Assembly: GCA_020697715.1 (NCBI GenBank)
Contig: JAEHCO010000008.1
Coordinates: forward strand, 1-51,233
From: Methanobacteriota archaeon
GTDB lineage: Archaea; Thermoplasmatota; Thermoplasmata; SG8-5; JAGLSY01
Direction: 5' to 3'
Length of the DNA: 51,233 bases
Shown here: piece by piece, positions 18,881 to 28,544 of the stretch
Numbering within the stretch: the stretch's first letter is position 1
Layout of the letters: every line of letters begins with the position of its first letter
Notes under the pieces: generated by a model
Databases searched by the model: none
What the model saw: only the letters and a program-made list of their open reading frames with translations
Told to the model about the DNA's origin: nothing
Translations under genes and position numbers: made by a program

Positions 18881-20548
18881 ATGATGAGTGAATTAGTGGT
18901 CAAAAGATCTATGGCAGTGATATTGAGTTTAATATTCATTATGTCCATTGTCCCTACATTCGCTGAAGCCCAAGTGGTCGATTCAGTAGATATACGCATA
19001 CCTGGACGGGATCAAGGTGGGATGAAGATCGTTGCAGGAGTATTACACAACCTGTCAGTTGAGTTGAACTCCCCTGTAAATTCAGTGGATATTTATGCCC
19101 ATTCTGTTGAAAATCTTGATTACCAGATCATTAATGTGACAGAATCTCTTGTAGGAGTGATCGATGATACAACATACTCTGGCAACCTGAAATTCAAAGA
19201 TATTGTAGGGGAAGCCGTTCTGGAAAGCAATGGGAATCTCATACCAGCTACCGAATACACGATCACAAATGAAACTGGCCAGATCAGTATTTTGCCTTCA
19301 ACTTATATTGCATTGAATTTGGATCAGGGGCTGAATATCAGCTATTCAACTCTCAGAAACATGACCAATTATTATCACTGGTCTTATAATAATTCTGTAT
19401 GGACAGATAATCTGGGCCTAGACCTGATCAATACAGGTCTTTCAGAGATATATGGCAATACATATTGTTTTTACATTGGCATGATAGGCAATGCCACACC
19501 AGGACATTGGAGCCTATCGATCATAACGGATGGCCAGACAGACCAGGCATGGGATGGGACCTTACAAGTGGAAGCTCCCGTATCTGGAATTGCATTTTCA
19601 GGACCGAACTTCTATTTCAATGTGCCTCCTTTCGAGACGGATTCCATTAATACATATGTGCCAGACAATCCTCGAAATACAACTTATTTCACAACAACGA
19701 ACTCGGGCAATGTCCCCATGGATTTTCAGATAACATATGACGATTTTAATGATCGATTCTCCACTACCAATTCCACTGGCGTTACTTATCCTTTTGAAAA
19801 AAGAACCCACCATATATCATTCCAGGCTGATGCATGGAGCCCCAGAGAATTCAAGGTAAAAGGTAGGATCCATGGTGAGCCAAAGATGCTTGTGAACCCG
19901 AGCATGATATCGTTCATACTTGCACCGGAATCTGCATTCAATGTCATCGTTACAGTTGCCAGACCAGGATTTGAGATATTCCAAATGCCCGGTCTTGTAG
20001 TTCAGTACAATGAGAGGATTCTCGCAAATTACAATGATGAATTGGCGCTTGATCTTTATATCACTGGAACAAAGAATAGCCATCTGTCCACAGAGGGCGA
20101 TAAGCTTACTTTATTGAACATACAGCAAGATGGCATAATAATGTCCCAGCCGGTATACATACAGGTTTCGGAAGAGACAGAGACGCATCTGATTGTAAAT
20201 GTCAATTGCTCGATCGCACCCCCCAGGGGAAAGCTTTCAATGATGGCCTATGTTAACTTTGTAGCGGAAACAGATGATTTTGTATCATCTGGAAACTTCA
20301 CAACGACTATTGTTGTGAAGGCCAAATCATTTCTGGAAGAAGAGGAGGATACAGGGCTTGGCTCTATGAACATATTGGCAATTATCTTGATCATTGCAGG
20401 GATCGCACTGGCATTCCTTTCAATGGCATATTACAAACGTAAAGAAGAGAAGGAGAGGAAGATAAAAGAAGAAAAAGAGAAGGCCGAGAAAAAGAACAAG
20501 AAAGGAGGTTCAGGTTACAAACGGCGGAAGAAGAAGAAATGGGTTTGA
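18881..20548 (+). CDS. Hypothetical cell-surface glycoprotein with C-terminal membrane anchor and highly basic tail
   Basis: Signal peptide ending AEA, beta-rich body with many N-x-S/T sequons, TM NILAIILIIAGIALAFLSMAYY, tail KRKEEKERK...KRRKKKKWV. Confidence 0.8.
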   Translation: MMSELVVKRSMAVILSLIFIMSIVPTFAEAQVVDSVDIRIPGRDQGGMKIVAGVLHNLSVELNSPVNSVDIYAHSVENLDYQIINVTESLVGVIDDTTYSGNLKFKDIVGEAVLESNGNLIPATEYTITNETGQISILPSTYIALNLDQGLNISYSTLRNMTNYYHWSYNNSVWTDNLGLDLINTGLSEIYGNTYCFYIGMIGNATPGHWSLSIITDGQTDQAWDGTLQVEAPVSGIAFSGPNFYFNVPPFETDSINTYVPDNPRNTTYFTTTNSGNVPMDFQITYDDFNDRFSTTNSTGVTYPFEKRTHHISFQADAWSPREFKVKGRIHGEPKMLVNPSMISFILAPESAFNVIVTVARPGFEIFQMPGLVVQYNERILANYNDELALDLYITGTKNSHLSTEGDKLTLLNIQQDGIIMSQPVYIQVSEETETHLIVNVNCSIAPPRGKLSMMAYVNFVAETDDFVSSGNFTTTIVVKAKSFLEEEEDTGLGSMNILAIILIIAGIALAFLSMAYYKRKEEKERKIKEEKEKAEKKNKKGGSGYKRRKKKKWV

Positions 20549-20623
20549 ATTCTTTGGATAATTAATATATATAATAAGGATATATGTTAACAAACCCAAC
20601 TTTACATATCTAGAGGGTAAGCT

Positions 20624-21298
20624 ATGATGAACGGGAGGAGGATGAATTCAATAGCAGTTGGAAAAATATTCGCTTTTCTAATAGTGTTCAGCTTGACCCT
20701 TGTAATGATCCCGGAGGCTGTTGATGCCCAAGCAGGTGTTGGTGTATCCAATGATCCACCAGCTATGGTCGATATATTTGTAGACGACCATAATGGTCTT
20801 ATCATGGTCCATGTCTCACTGAAAGATCTGAATGGTTGGAGTGATATTTACAATATAACATTGGTAGTTCTTGATGGCAATGGGAACGAGATCTGTAATG
20901 TCACGTATAAACAATACACCGATCTGGATGCAACCATTGCAGTCATAGATTGGGTTCAGACCAAGGGTGATTATCTGGATGAAGATAACTCCGGATATCT
21001 ACCTGTTGAAATAGATGAATGGGAAGAGAATTCAATAGATGCTGTTGGCCTGAACGTTAGCTTTGCATTGATCCCATTCTCCGGTGATATTATCAAGATA
21101 AATGCCTATGATATGAAAGAAGCCAGATGTGGTTACGAAGGCCCATTCTCAGCAGATTATGAGATCCCTCCGTATTTTGGAGATGATGTCGTTGTACCTA
21201 TCGGCATATCATTCATGACTGCAATAATTGGTGCATTCTTTATAGTTTACAGGCGAATGAAGAACAATAAGTTAGCAAGACTGATCGAAGGAAAATGA
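20624..21298 (+). CDS. Hypothetical small surface protein with signal peptide and C-terminal membrane anchor
   Basis: Hydrophobic N-terminus ending VDA, acidic beta-rich (Ig-like) core, TM VVVPIGISFMTAIIGAFFIVY then RRMKNNK. Confidence 0.8.
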   Translation: MMNGRRMNSIAVGKIFAFLIVFSLTLVMIPEAVDAQAGVGVSNDPPAMVDIFVDDHNGLIMVHVSLKDLNGWSDIYNITLVVLDGNGNEICNVTYKQYTDLDATIAVIDWVQTKGDYLDEDNSGYLPVEIDEWEENSIDAVGLNVSFALIPFSGDIIKINAYDMKEARCGYEGPFSADYEIPPYFGDDVVVPIGISFMTAIIGAFFIVYRRMKNNKLARLIEGK

Positions 21299-21319
21299 TG
21301 ATGATGATGGTAGGTTAAA

Positions 21320-24300
21320 ATGGATCGAATATGCCCTATGTGCCAAACACTGACATACGACGACTCAATTACCGAATGCGGTAACTGTGGAGCGGAGCTA
21401 CCGCCTGTTGATGAAGAGGAAGTGGTCATAGAAGAGCAAGAAGAGGAAGTGGACAGCCTTGATCTTAGTGACCTAGATCTTGATGATGACAGTGAAGATG
21501 TAAGCACAGGCCTGGAAGGATTAGATCTTGACCTTGGAGAAGAAGAGGAAATAACAGAGGAAACTGCCCCTGCAACAGAAGATGTTGAGGAGCCAGAAAT
21601 TGAAGAAGAGGCCGAGGACATCTCCGAAGATGGGGAAGAAGACGCTGGCGATTGGGATCTTGGAACTATTGGAGGAGATTCCCCTGACGAATCATTTTCA
21701 GTAGATGAGGAAGAAGAAGAAGAAGAAGAAGAAGCCATCGATGAAGACGAGATAGATGATGGTGAAGAATTAGTTGACGAGGAAGAGAGTGATGATGGTG
21801 ATGTTGAAGAGATCATCATAGAAGAGAACCAATTACTATGCCCATCATGTGATGAGATCAATAACACAGATAGCGAATCATGTTCAAATTGCGGTTATGA
21901 ACTGGGGCATTCGAAGAGATGTCCATCATGCGCGAAGGGTATAGACAAAACTGCCGAGATATGCCCGAATTGTTACACAGACCTGGCAACATTCAAACCA
22001 GATGAGCCTGAAGAGGATGAAGAAGAGATCATCGAGGAAGATGGAACTGAAGAGGATGAAGAAGACACCCCGACAGACGATGATCCTGAAGAGGAAGTAG
22101 AAGTATCTGAGGATGAAGAAGGTGTGGATGACCTGGATGAGGTCGAAGATACACCTGAAGATGGAACCGAGGAAGATACAAAAGAGAAAAAGTCATCACG
22201 ATGGGGAAAGAAATCCAAAAAGAAGAAAGGTGATCCTCAAGAGGATGTTGATGATGATACCTCTGATATCGACGATGAGTCTCTGGATGCAGATGAAAGA
22301 TCCGAAGAGATGAAAAAGGACAAGTTAAATGCAAAGATCAGAGACAGAAGAAAAAAGGATGAGATAGACCAGATACTGGAAGAAGAAAAGAGAGAAGGCT
22401 TCTTCAATTATTACAATATGAGCTTGATAACACTGTTCTTCTACGTGTTCCTTGCCATATTCGTCCTTGTCGAATTCATCATGATGGTTACAAATATGGT
22501 GAGTGACACAGGAATACCAACAGTATCATTCAGCCTTGTTCCAACTTATGGTGATGTCTCAAGCATATCCATCCTGCTTTTCGCTATGTTATTGTCCATG
22601 AGTTCCGCTTTGCTTCATTTATGGGACAGGAAACTGAACCTCATGCTCTCACTGATACCTTCCACACTTATGGCAGTTGGTCTCGGTATGGATGTGGTAT
22701 ATTCATCCCTGTTCCTTGGTGGCGATCTTATCGTGATAATCATCATGCTCTTTTTGCTCCTAATGATGATATTCCTTGATTTCTTCCTGATATTCTTCAA
22801 GTATCCAGAAGTTCTTGAAGATAATTCCAGGGACGAGCTGGAGCTTTTCCTGGAGAAAGAAGAGGAACTGGAGGAGATCCAGCAACAACTGGAAGAAGAA
22901 CATGAAAAGATGATCCAGGAAGAAGAAGAGAAGTTACGGCTCAAAGATGAAGAGATCAATGAGATCAAGACCGAGCTGGAATCACTTTCAGACCAGATCC
23001 AGATGGAAGAAGAGAAATTGAGAATGAAGGAAGAAGAGGTCTCAGCTATCCGTTCAGAACTGGAACTCAAGACCCAACACATGGCAGAAGAAGAAGAGAA
23101 ACTGAGGATGAAGGAAGAAGAAATGGAAAGCCTCATCCAGACCGAGCTGGAAAAGCGCGCTGATGACATGATGATGGAAGAGGAAGAAAAACTCCGTATG
23201 AAAGAAGAAGAATTGATCCATTCCAGAAGCGAGCTGGACATACAGAAGAACCTCCTTGATGATAGTAGAGAGAAATTGAGAATGAAAGAGCAGGAGATGA
23301 TGAATCTCCGAACTGAACTGGAAAGCCAGATGAGACATCGAATGGATGAGGAAGACAAGCTGAAATTAAAAGAAGCTGCGAACAAGATGCTTGACAGGGG
23401 AAAGCAAAAGCGTGTCCTTTTCCCATTCACTGCCATGGTCGGCCAGGAAAAGATGAAGAGCGCACTTACCCTAAATGCGATCTATCCTGAGATCGGTGGT
23501 GTTCTTATCAGAGGACAGAAAGGAACCGGAAAATCTGTTTCGGTCAGAGGTCTTTCAGAGATCCTTCCAGATATAGAGGTCACTGGATGTAAGTTCAATT
23601 GTGATCCTAAAGAAGAAGATAAATTCTGTACGGAATGTGCGGCTAGACATAAAGCTGGAAATCTGAGAGTTGAAACACGCCAGGTCCAGGTCGTTGATCT
23701 GCCACTGAATGTTACAGAAGATAGATTGGTTGGAAGCATTGATATCGAGAAGGTCCTTACAGAAGGTGTGAAATCCTTCGAGCCAGGTATACTTGCCGAG
23801 GCTCACAGAGGAGTTCTGTATGTGGATGAGATCAACCTGCTGGATGATTACATTGTTGATATATTACTTGATGCCGCAGGTTCTGGTGTCGTTACCATAG
23901 AAAGAGAAGGTATCAGTCTGAGCCATCCATCAAGATTCTTGATAGTTGGAAGTATGAATCCAGAAGAAGGAGAATTGAGGCCACAGATATTGGACAGGAT
24001 CGCACTTCAGACGGATGTTGTGGGTATCAAGGATGTCGCCAAGAGAATAGATATCGTGAGACGTCGGGAAGAGTTCTCCACCGAACCATTGGTGTTCAGA
24101 GAGAAGTTCGAGCCCTCGAGAAAGGAATTGGTGGATAAGATAGAGAGGGCAAGTGGACTCATATCCAAGGTGACCACACCAGAGAGAATATTCAAATTAA
24201 TAGCTCAGGTATGCATGGACTTCAATGTCGATGGGCACAGAGCGGACATTATCATAGAAAGAGCAGCACGTGCTAATGCGGCCTTTGAAGGACGCATGGA

Positions 24301-24442
24301 AACAGCCACGGAAGACGTGGTCGTGGCTGCCTCAATGGCCTTACCACACAGAATGAAGAGAAGGGCATTTGAAGATGATGAGGAGTTCAGCGAAGAGATG
24401 CTAAGACGGCTTGTTGATAAAAGGGAAGCTGAGCTAGAATAA
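21320..24442 (+). CDS. Membrane-anchored ChlI/BchI-type AAA+ ATPase fusion (zinc ribbons, acidic linkers, 4 TM helices, coiled-coil repeats, AAA+ domain)
   Basis: CPMC..CGNC, CPSC..CSNC, CPSC..CPNC; D/E-rich tracts; four hydrophobic segments ~22418-22800; EEEEKLRMKEEE repeats; [56 protein letters not shown]. Confidence 0.9.
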   Translation: MDRICPMCQTLTYDDSITECGNCGAELPPVDEEEVVIEEQEEEVDSLDLSDLDLDDDSEDVSTGLEGLDLDLGEEEEITEETAPATEDVEEPEIEEEAEDISEDGEEDAGDWDLGTIGGDSPDESFSVDEEEEEEEEEAIDEDEIDDGEELVDEEESDDGDVEEIIIEENQLLCPSCDEINNTDSESCSNCGYELGHSKRCPSCAKGIDKTAEICPNCYTDLATFKPDEPEEDEEEIIEEDGTEEDEEDTPTDDDPEEEVEVSEDEEGVDDLDEVEDTPEDGTEEDTKEKKSSRWGKKSKKKKGDPQEDVDDDTSDIDDESLDADERSEEMKKDKLNAKIRDRRKKDEIDQILEEEKREGFFNYYNMSLITLFFYVFLAIFVLVEFIMMVTNMVSDTGIPTVSFSLVPTYGDVSSISILLFAMLLSMSSALLHLWDRKLNLMLSLIPSTLMAVGLGMDVVYSSLFLGGDLIVIIIMLFLLLMMIFLDFFLIFFKYPEVLEDNSRDELELFLEKEEELEEIQQQLEEEHEKMIQEEEEKLRLKDEEINEIKTELESLSDQIQMEEEKLRMKEEEVSAIRSELELKTQHMAEEEEKLRMKEEEMESLIQTELEKRADDMMMEEEEKLRMKEEELIHSRSELDIQKNLLDDSREKLRMKEQEMMNLRTELESQMRHRMDEEDKLKLKEAANKMLDRGKQKRVLFPFTAMVGQEKMKSALTLNAIYPEIGGVLIRGQKGTGKSVSVRGLSEILPDIEVTGCKFNCDPKEEDKFCTECAARHKAGNLRVETRQVQVVDLPLNVTEDRLVGSIDIEKVLTEGVKSFEPGILAEAHRGVLYVDEINLLDDYIVDILLDAAGSGVVTIEREGISLSHPSRFLIVGSMNPEEGELRPQILDRIALQTDVVGIKDVAKRIDIVRRREEFSTEPLVFREKFEPSRKELVDKIERASGLISKVTTPERIFKLIAQVCMDFNVDGHRADIIIERAARANAAFEGRMETATEDVVVAASMALPHRMKRRAFEDDEEFSEEMLRRLVDKREAELE

Positions 24443-24455
24443 GCGGGTGTGAGAG

Positions 24456-25523
24456 ATGGATAATGAAGGTCAAAGTGGATCCAAAGCTCAACCGAAGAGG
24501 GTTGTTTACCCATTCAATGCGATAGTTGGCCAGGAAGTTTTGAAAAAAGCCCTTTTGCTAAATATAATAAACCCCAATGTGGGCGGTGTATTGATCAGGG
24601 GTGAAAAGGGAACTGCCAAGTCCATCGCTGTGAGAGCCTTATTGGATATCCTTCCAGAGATCAAGGTCGTGGAGGGATGCAAGCTGAATTGCCATCCCAA
24701 GGACCCTGAAAAATATTGTACGGAATGTAAGGCCAAGCATGAGAAGGGCGAGATACAGGAAACATTGAAGCCAATAAATGTGGTTGATCTTCCATTGAAT
24801 ATCACGGAAGATAGATTGGTTGGTAGCATAGATATCGAGAAAGTTTTATCCCAGGGAGTCAAGGCTTTCGAGCCAGGTATACTTGCGGAGGCCCACAGAG
24901 GAATCCTATATGTTGATGAGATAAATCTGCTTGAGGACAATATAGTAGATGTTCTTCTGGATGCCGCGGCAATGGGTGTTGTGACCGTTGAAAGAGAGGG
25001 AATAAGTCTTAATTTCCCATCCAAGTTCATTCTTATTGGAAGCATGAATCCTGAAGAAGGGGAACTGAGACCACAGCTTCTGGATCGTCTGGCACTTCAG
25101 GCCGAAGTGAAAGGAATTGCGGATGTGGATCAGAGAGTGGACATAATCAAGAAGACAAAGGCCTTTGCCAATGATCCATGGCTTTTCAGGGAAGAGTTCA
25201 AGGATGACATTGAGGAATTGAAGAAGACCATTGTTAAGGCGCGAGACATCCTTCCAGAAGTGACAACCGCTGATCACACACTTTCCATCATTACAAGACT
25301 GGGAATTGATTTCAATATTGATGGTCACAGAGGCGACATTATAATTGAGAAGACAGCGAGGACCAATGCCGCCCTGGAAGGCCGCAAAGAGGCCAATGCG
25401 GACGATGTTATCGTTGCCGCGGAGATGGCCCTGCCCCACAGGATGAGGAAGCAGCCCTTCGAGGAAGAGAGCTTCAGCGTGGAAGTATTACGCAGGCTGG
25501 TTAGAAAGTATCAAGATGAGTGA
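24456..25523 (+). CDS. Stand-alone ChlI/BchI-type AAA+ ATPase (Mg/Co-chelatase subunit I family)
   Basis: [18 protein letters not shown] Walker [10 protein letters not shown] Walker [29 protein letters not shown]. Confidence 0.93.
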   Translation: MDNEGQSGSKAQPKRVVYPFNAIVGQEVLKKALLLNIINPNVGGVLIRGEKGTAKSIAVRALLDILPEIKVVEGCKLNCHPKDPEKYCTECKAKHEKGEIQETLKPINVVDLPLNITEDRLVGSIDIEKVLSQGVKAFEPGILAEAHRGILYVDEINLLEDNIVDVLLDAAAMGVVTVEREGISLNFPSKFILIGSMNPEEGELRPQLLDRLALQAEVKGIADVDQRVDIIKKTKAFANDPWLFREEFKDDIEELKKTIVKARDILPEVTTADHTLSIITRLGIDFNIDGHRGDIIIEKTARTNAALEGRKEANADDVIVAAEMALPHRMRKQPFEEESFSVEVLRRLVRKYQDE

Positions 25524-25545
25524 GTATAAACACCTAGTTTATACT
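25523..25545. terminator. AT-rich hairpin between convergent genes
   Basis: AGTATAAAC-ACCTA-GTTTATACT immediately after the stop codon. Confidence 0.4.
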
Positions 25546-25601
25546 ATGTTATAATAGATACTATAATATTTTACAGTAATATAGATATCAATTAATCAAT
25601 A

Positions 25602-27008
25602 TCAGGACATCTTCCACTTCACACCATCGTTAGTGTCCTCGATGGTGATGCCCAGTTCCTTCAACTTGTCACGTATCTTATCGGCTGTTGCCCAGTCCTT
25701 GTTGGCCCTCGCATCCTTGCGGATATCGATAAGTACCTGCATGATACCGTCCACCAGCTCATTGTCCAGGCTTCCTGTGGATTCTCTGAAGATCGTGAGG
25801 CGGTCGTCGAATTCATCGAAGCTTCTCAATATCGCTTCGATGCTGTTCTTGCTTATTGAAGTGGATTCAAGGTACTTGTTCACCTCTTTTGCAAAATCGA
25901 ATATGCTGGCGATCGCGTCCCGGGAATTGAAATCATTGTCCATGGCCTCGTCAAAGTTAATGATCGCCTGCTCTGCAACGCCGACCAGGCCATCGGTTAT
26001 CGTATCATCGGCCTTTGCAAGTGCATTCCTGGCATTATCCAGCGTGTTCTGGATCCTGCTCAGAGAACGTTTTGCCTCTTCCAGGGCGGTATCATTGAAA
26101 TCTATTGGTTTCTTGTAATGAGTGTTCATCAGGAAGAAACGAACCACAAGCGGATCGAACTCCTTCAGCACATCCTTGATAGTGAAGAAATTGTTCAGAG
26201 ATTTGGACATCTTCTCACTGCCAACATTCATCAGACCACCGTGAAGCCAATATTTGACAAATGGCTTGCTTGAGAGGGCTTCGGATTGCAGGATCTCATT
26301 TTCATGGTGTGGGAACACTAATTCTGTTCCTCCGCCGTGAAGGTCGAAGGTCTCGCCGAGATATTTCATCGACATCACCGAGCACTCGATATGCCAGCCA
26401 GGTCTTCCCTCGCTCCATGGCGAGCTCCAAAATGGTTCATTTTCTTTCTTAACTTTCCAGAGCGTGAAGTCCATTGGATTTTCTTTCTTCTCGTCCACAT
26501 CGATGCGGGCTCCGGCCTGCATATCCTCCAGCTTCTGCTTCGAAAGCACGCCGTAATTCTTCACTTTGGAAACTCGGAAGTAAACATCCCCGCCAGATTC
26601 ATAGGCCATTCCCTTGTCGATAAGCTGTTGAATTGCATCGATTATGTCTCCCATATGATGGCTTGCCACAGGGTAGACATCCGCCTTTCTAACACCCAGG
26701 GCGGTCATGTCCTTATGGTATTCGGCAATATATTTGTCAGTTAATTTATCCAGGGGCCAGTCAAGTTTGATAGCCCTCTCGATACAGTGATCCTCGATAT
26801 CTGTGAAATTGATAACATATTTCACATTGTAGCCTTTCTTCTCCACATGTCTTCGGATAATATCGAAGGTGACCGCGGCCTTTGCGTGTCCCATGTGGGA
26901 GTCATCGTATGTGTTGATACCACATACGTACATGCCGACCTGGTCTTCTCTGACTGGTACGAATTCCTCAAGCTTGCCGGATAGTGTATTTTGAACCATC
27001 AAGGTCAT
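25602..27008 (-). CDS. cysS: Cysteine--tRNA ligase
   Basis: MYVCG..YD..HMGH, GRPGWHIECS, DLHGGG..LVFPHHENE, KMSKS; ATG 27008 follows AGGTGA RBS. Confidence 0.98.
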   Translation of the reverse strand: MTLMVQNTLSGKLEEFVPVREDQVGMYVCGINTYDDSHMGHAKAAVTFDIIRRHVEKKGYNVKYVINFTDIEDHCIERAIKLDWPLDKLTDKYIAEYHKDMTALGVRKADVYPVASHHMGDIIDAIQQLIDKGMAYESGGDVYFRVSKVKNYGVLSKQKLEDMQAGARIDVDEKKENPMDFTLWKVKKENEPFWSSPWSEGRPGWHIECSVMSMKYLGETFDLHGGGTELVFPHHENEILQSEALSSKPFVKYWLHGGLMNVGSEKMSKSLNNFFTIKDVLKEFDPLVVRFFLMNTHYKKPIDFNDTALEEAKRSLSRIQNTLDNARNALAKADDTITDGLVGVAEQAIINFDEAMDNDFNSRDAIASIFDFAKEVNKYLESTSISKNSIEAILRSFDEFDDRLTIFRESTGSLDNELVDGIMQVLIDIRKDARANKDWATADKIRDKLKELGITIEDTNDGVKWKMS

Positions 27009-27114
27009 TGTATCACCTGTGTTTGGGGTGCTTATACCCAATCTTTCATATATTGTTTATGCAGGAATATGGAAGCACAAGATATTTATCTCTCATTTCC
27101 TCTACATGTTATCA

Positions 27115-28413
27115 ATGACATCAAAGGTCAAGCTCCAGGTGGCCCTGGATATTATTCAGGGAGACAGAGCGATACAGATAGCCAGGGAAGCCGTGGAAGG
27201 CGGAGCCGATTGGATAGAGGCTGGCACTCCTCTCATCAAGAGTGAGGGCATGGATATTATTAGAAGATTAAAAGCCGAATTTCCTGACAAGACCATTGTC
27301 GCGGACATGAAGACGATGGATGTCGGAGGCCTGGAGGTGGAGATGGCCACACGCTCGGGGGCTGATGTCGTGGCGATCATGGGATTGTCAGATGATGGAA
27401 CTATCACGGAAGCGGTAAAATCTGCAAGCCAGTACGGTTCACTTGTAATGGCCGATCTGATGAACGTGGAGAACATGGAGGAGCGCGTTAGACAACTGGA
27501 AGGCTTTGGAGTTCACATTCTCTGCGTGCACGCGAGCATTGATCATCAAATGACTGGCGGCAAACCATTTGATCTTGTCAAGACACTTTTCCAGATAACG
27601 AAATTACCTATCGCGGTCGCTGGCGGGATAAATTCCGAGACTGCATCAACAGCCATCGCCAATGGTGCTTCGATCATCATTGTCGGAGGAGCGATCATCA
27701 AGGCGAATGATGTCACCCAGGCAACTGCTGACATTCAGAAGGCCATTGATGAGATGATACCAGTCAGTACAGATCTTTTCAAGAAATACAGTGCGGAGAG
27801 CATAAGAGAGGCACTGGAGAAAGTATCCACACCCAATATTGCGGATGCCATGCACAGAGAAGGCGCGATGATGGACATTAACCCCATCATCAAGCGAAAT
27901 GGAAAGATGATAGGCAGAGCACTTACAGTCAGCACGATTGACGGGGACTGGGCAAAGCCAGTTGAGGCCATCGACCAGGCCAATGAGGGTGATGTTCTCG
28001 TGATAAATGCAGGTAGTGGCAAAATTGCAGTATGGGGAGAGCTGGCATCATGGAGCTGTAAACAGCGCGGCATATCCGGAGTTGTCATCGATGGTGCGAT
28101 AAGGGACATCGATGAGATCCAGGACATGGATTTCCCGGCATTTGCAAAACATGTGCGACCATGCGCGGGTGAGCCAAAGGGGCATGGGGAGATCGGCAGT
28201 AAGATAATCTGTGGAGGCCAGAAGGTCGAGACTGGCGATTGGATAGTCGGCGATGAAACTGGTGTCGTGGTCATTCCAAAACATTCAGCTGTTGAGATTG
28301 CCAACCGTGCGCTTGATGTTTATGAGCGGGAGAACAGAATACGTGAAGAGATCAAGCGTGGCAGCACTCTCTCGAAGGTTCTTGATCTGACAAAATGGGA
28401 AAAAACTGGCTGA
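27115..28413 (+). CDS. hxlA: 3-hexulose-6-phosphate synthase fused to an RraA/MenG-like domain
   Basis: LQVALD, IEAGTPLIKSEG, ADMKTMD, AVAGGI (HPS barrel); C-terminal STPNIADAM, WGELAS, VIDGAIRD, GDWIVGDETGVVVIP (RraA); probably leaderless start at 27115. Confidence 0.92.
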   Translation: MTSKVKLQVALDIIQGDRAIQIAREAVEGGADWIEAGTPLIKSEGMDIIRRLKAEFPDKTIVADMKTMDVGGLEVEMATRSGADVVAIMGLSDDGTITEAVKSASQYGSLVMADLMNVENMEERVRQLEGFGVHILCVHASIDHQMTGGKPFDLVKTLFQITKLPIAVAGGINSETASTAIANGASIIIVGGAIIKANDVTQATADIQKAIDEMIPVSTDLFKKYSAESIREALEKVSTPNIADAMHREGAMMDINPIIKRNGKMIGRALTVSTIDGDWAKPVEAIDQANEGDVLVINAGSGKIAVWGELASWSCKQRGISGVVIDGAIRDIDEIQDMDFPAFAKHVRPCAGEPKGHGEIGSKIICGGQKVETGDWIVGDETGVVVIPKHSAVEIANRALDVYERENRIREEIKRGSTLSKVLDLTKWEKTG

Positions 28414-28544
28414 TGCAAATATATCCCATCCCAAATCATCCAGATATCTGTATATTTTCTATTTCCAGGTATCATTATTAAGTATATGATGTAGTATCAG
28501 AGATAGTTGCGTGTGTGTATGCATGTGCGACCAGAGGTGAAAAG

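Noticed and set aside
18798-18884. 28-codon upstream ORF MKEFQEFFVLELGDNSIAMPIEHYTRGI overlapping the 18881 start
   Set aside because: No RBS, start buried in a hairpin, no recognisable motif; kept only as an alternative to test by Ribo-seq
21247-23436. Long Ser-rich minus-strand ORFs (206, 273 aa and others)
   Set aside because: Antisense shadows of the Glu/Asp-rich GAA/GAT codons of the real plus-strand gene
21320-25523. Chlorophyll or cobalamin biosynthesis (magnesium/cobalt chelatase)
   Set aside because: No ChlH/CobN, no vWA-containing ChlD and no tetrapyrrole genes in the window; family membership alone does not show that function
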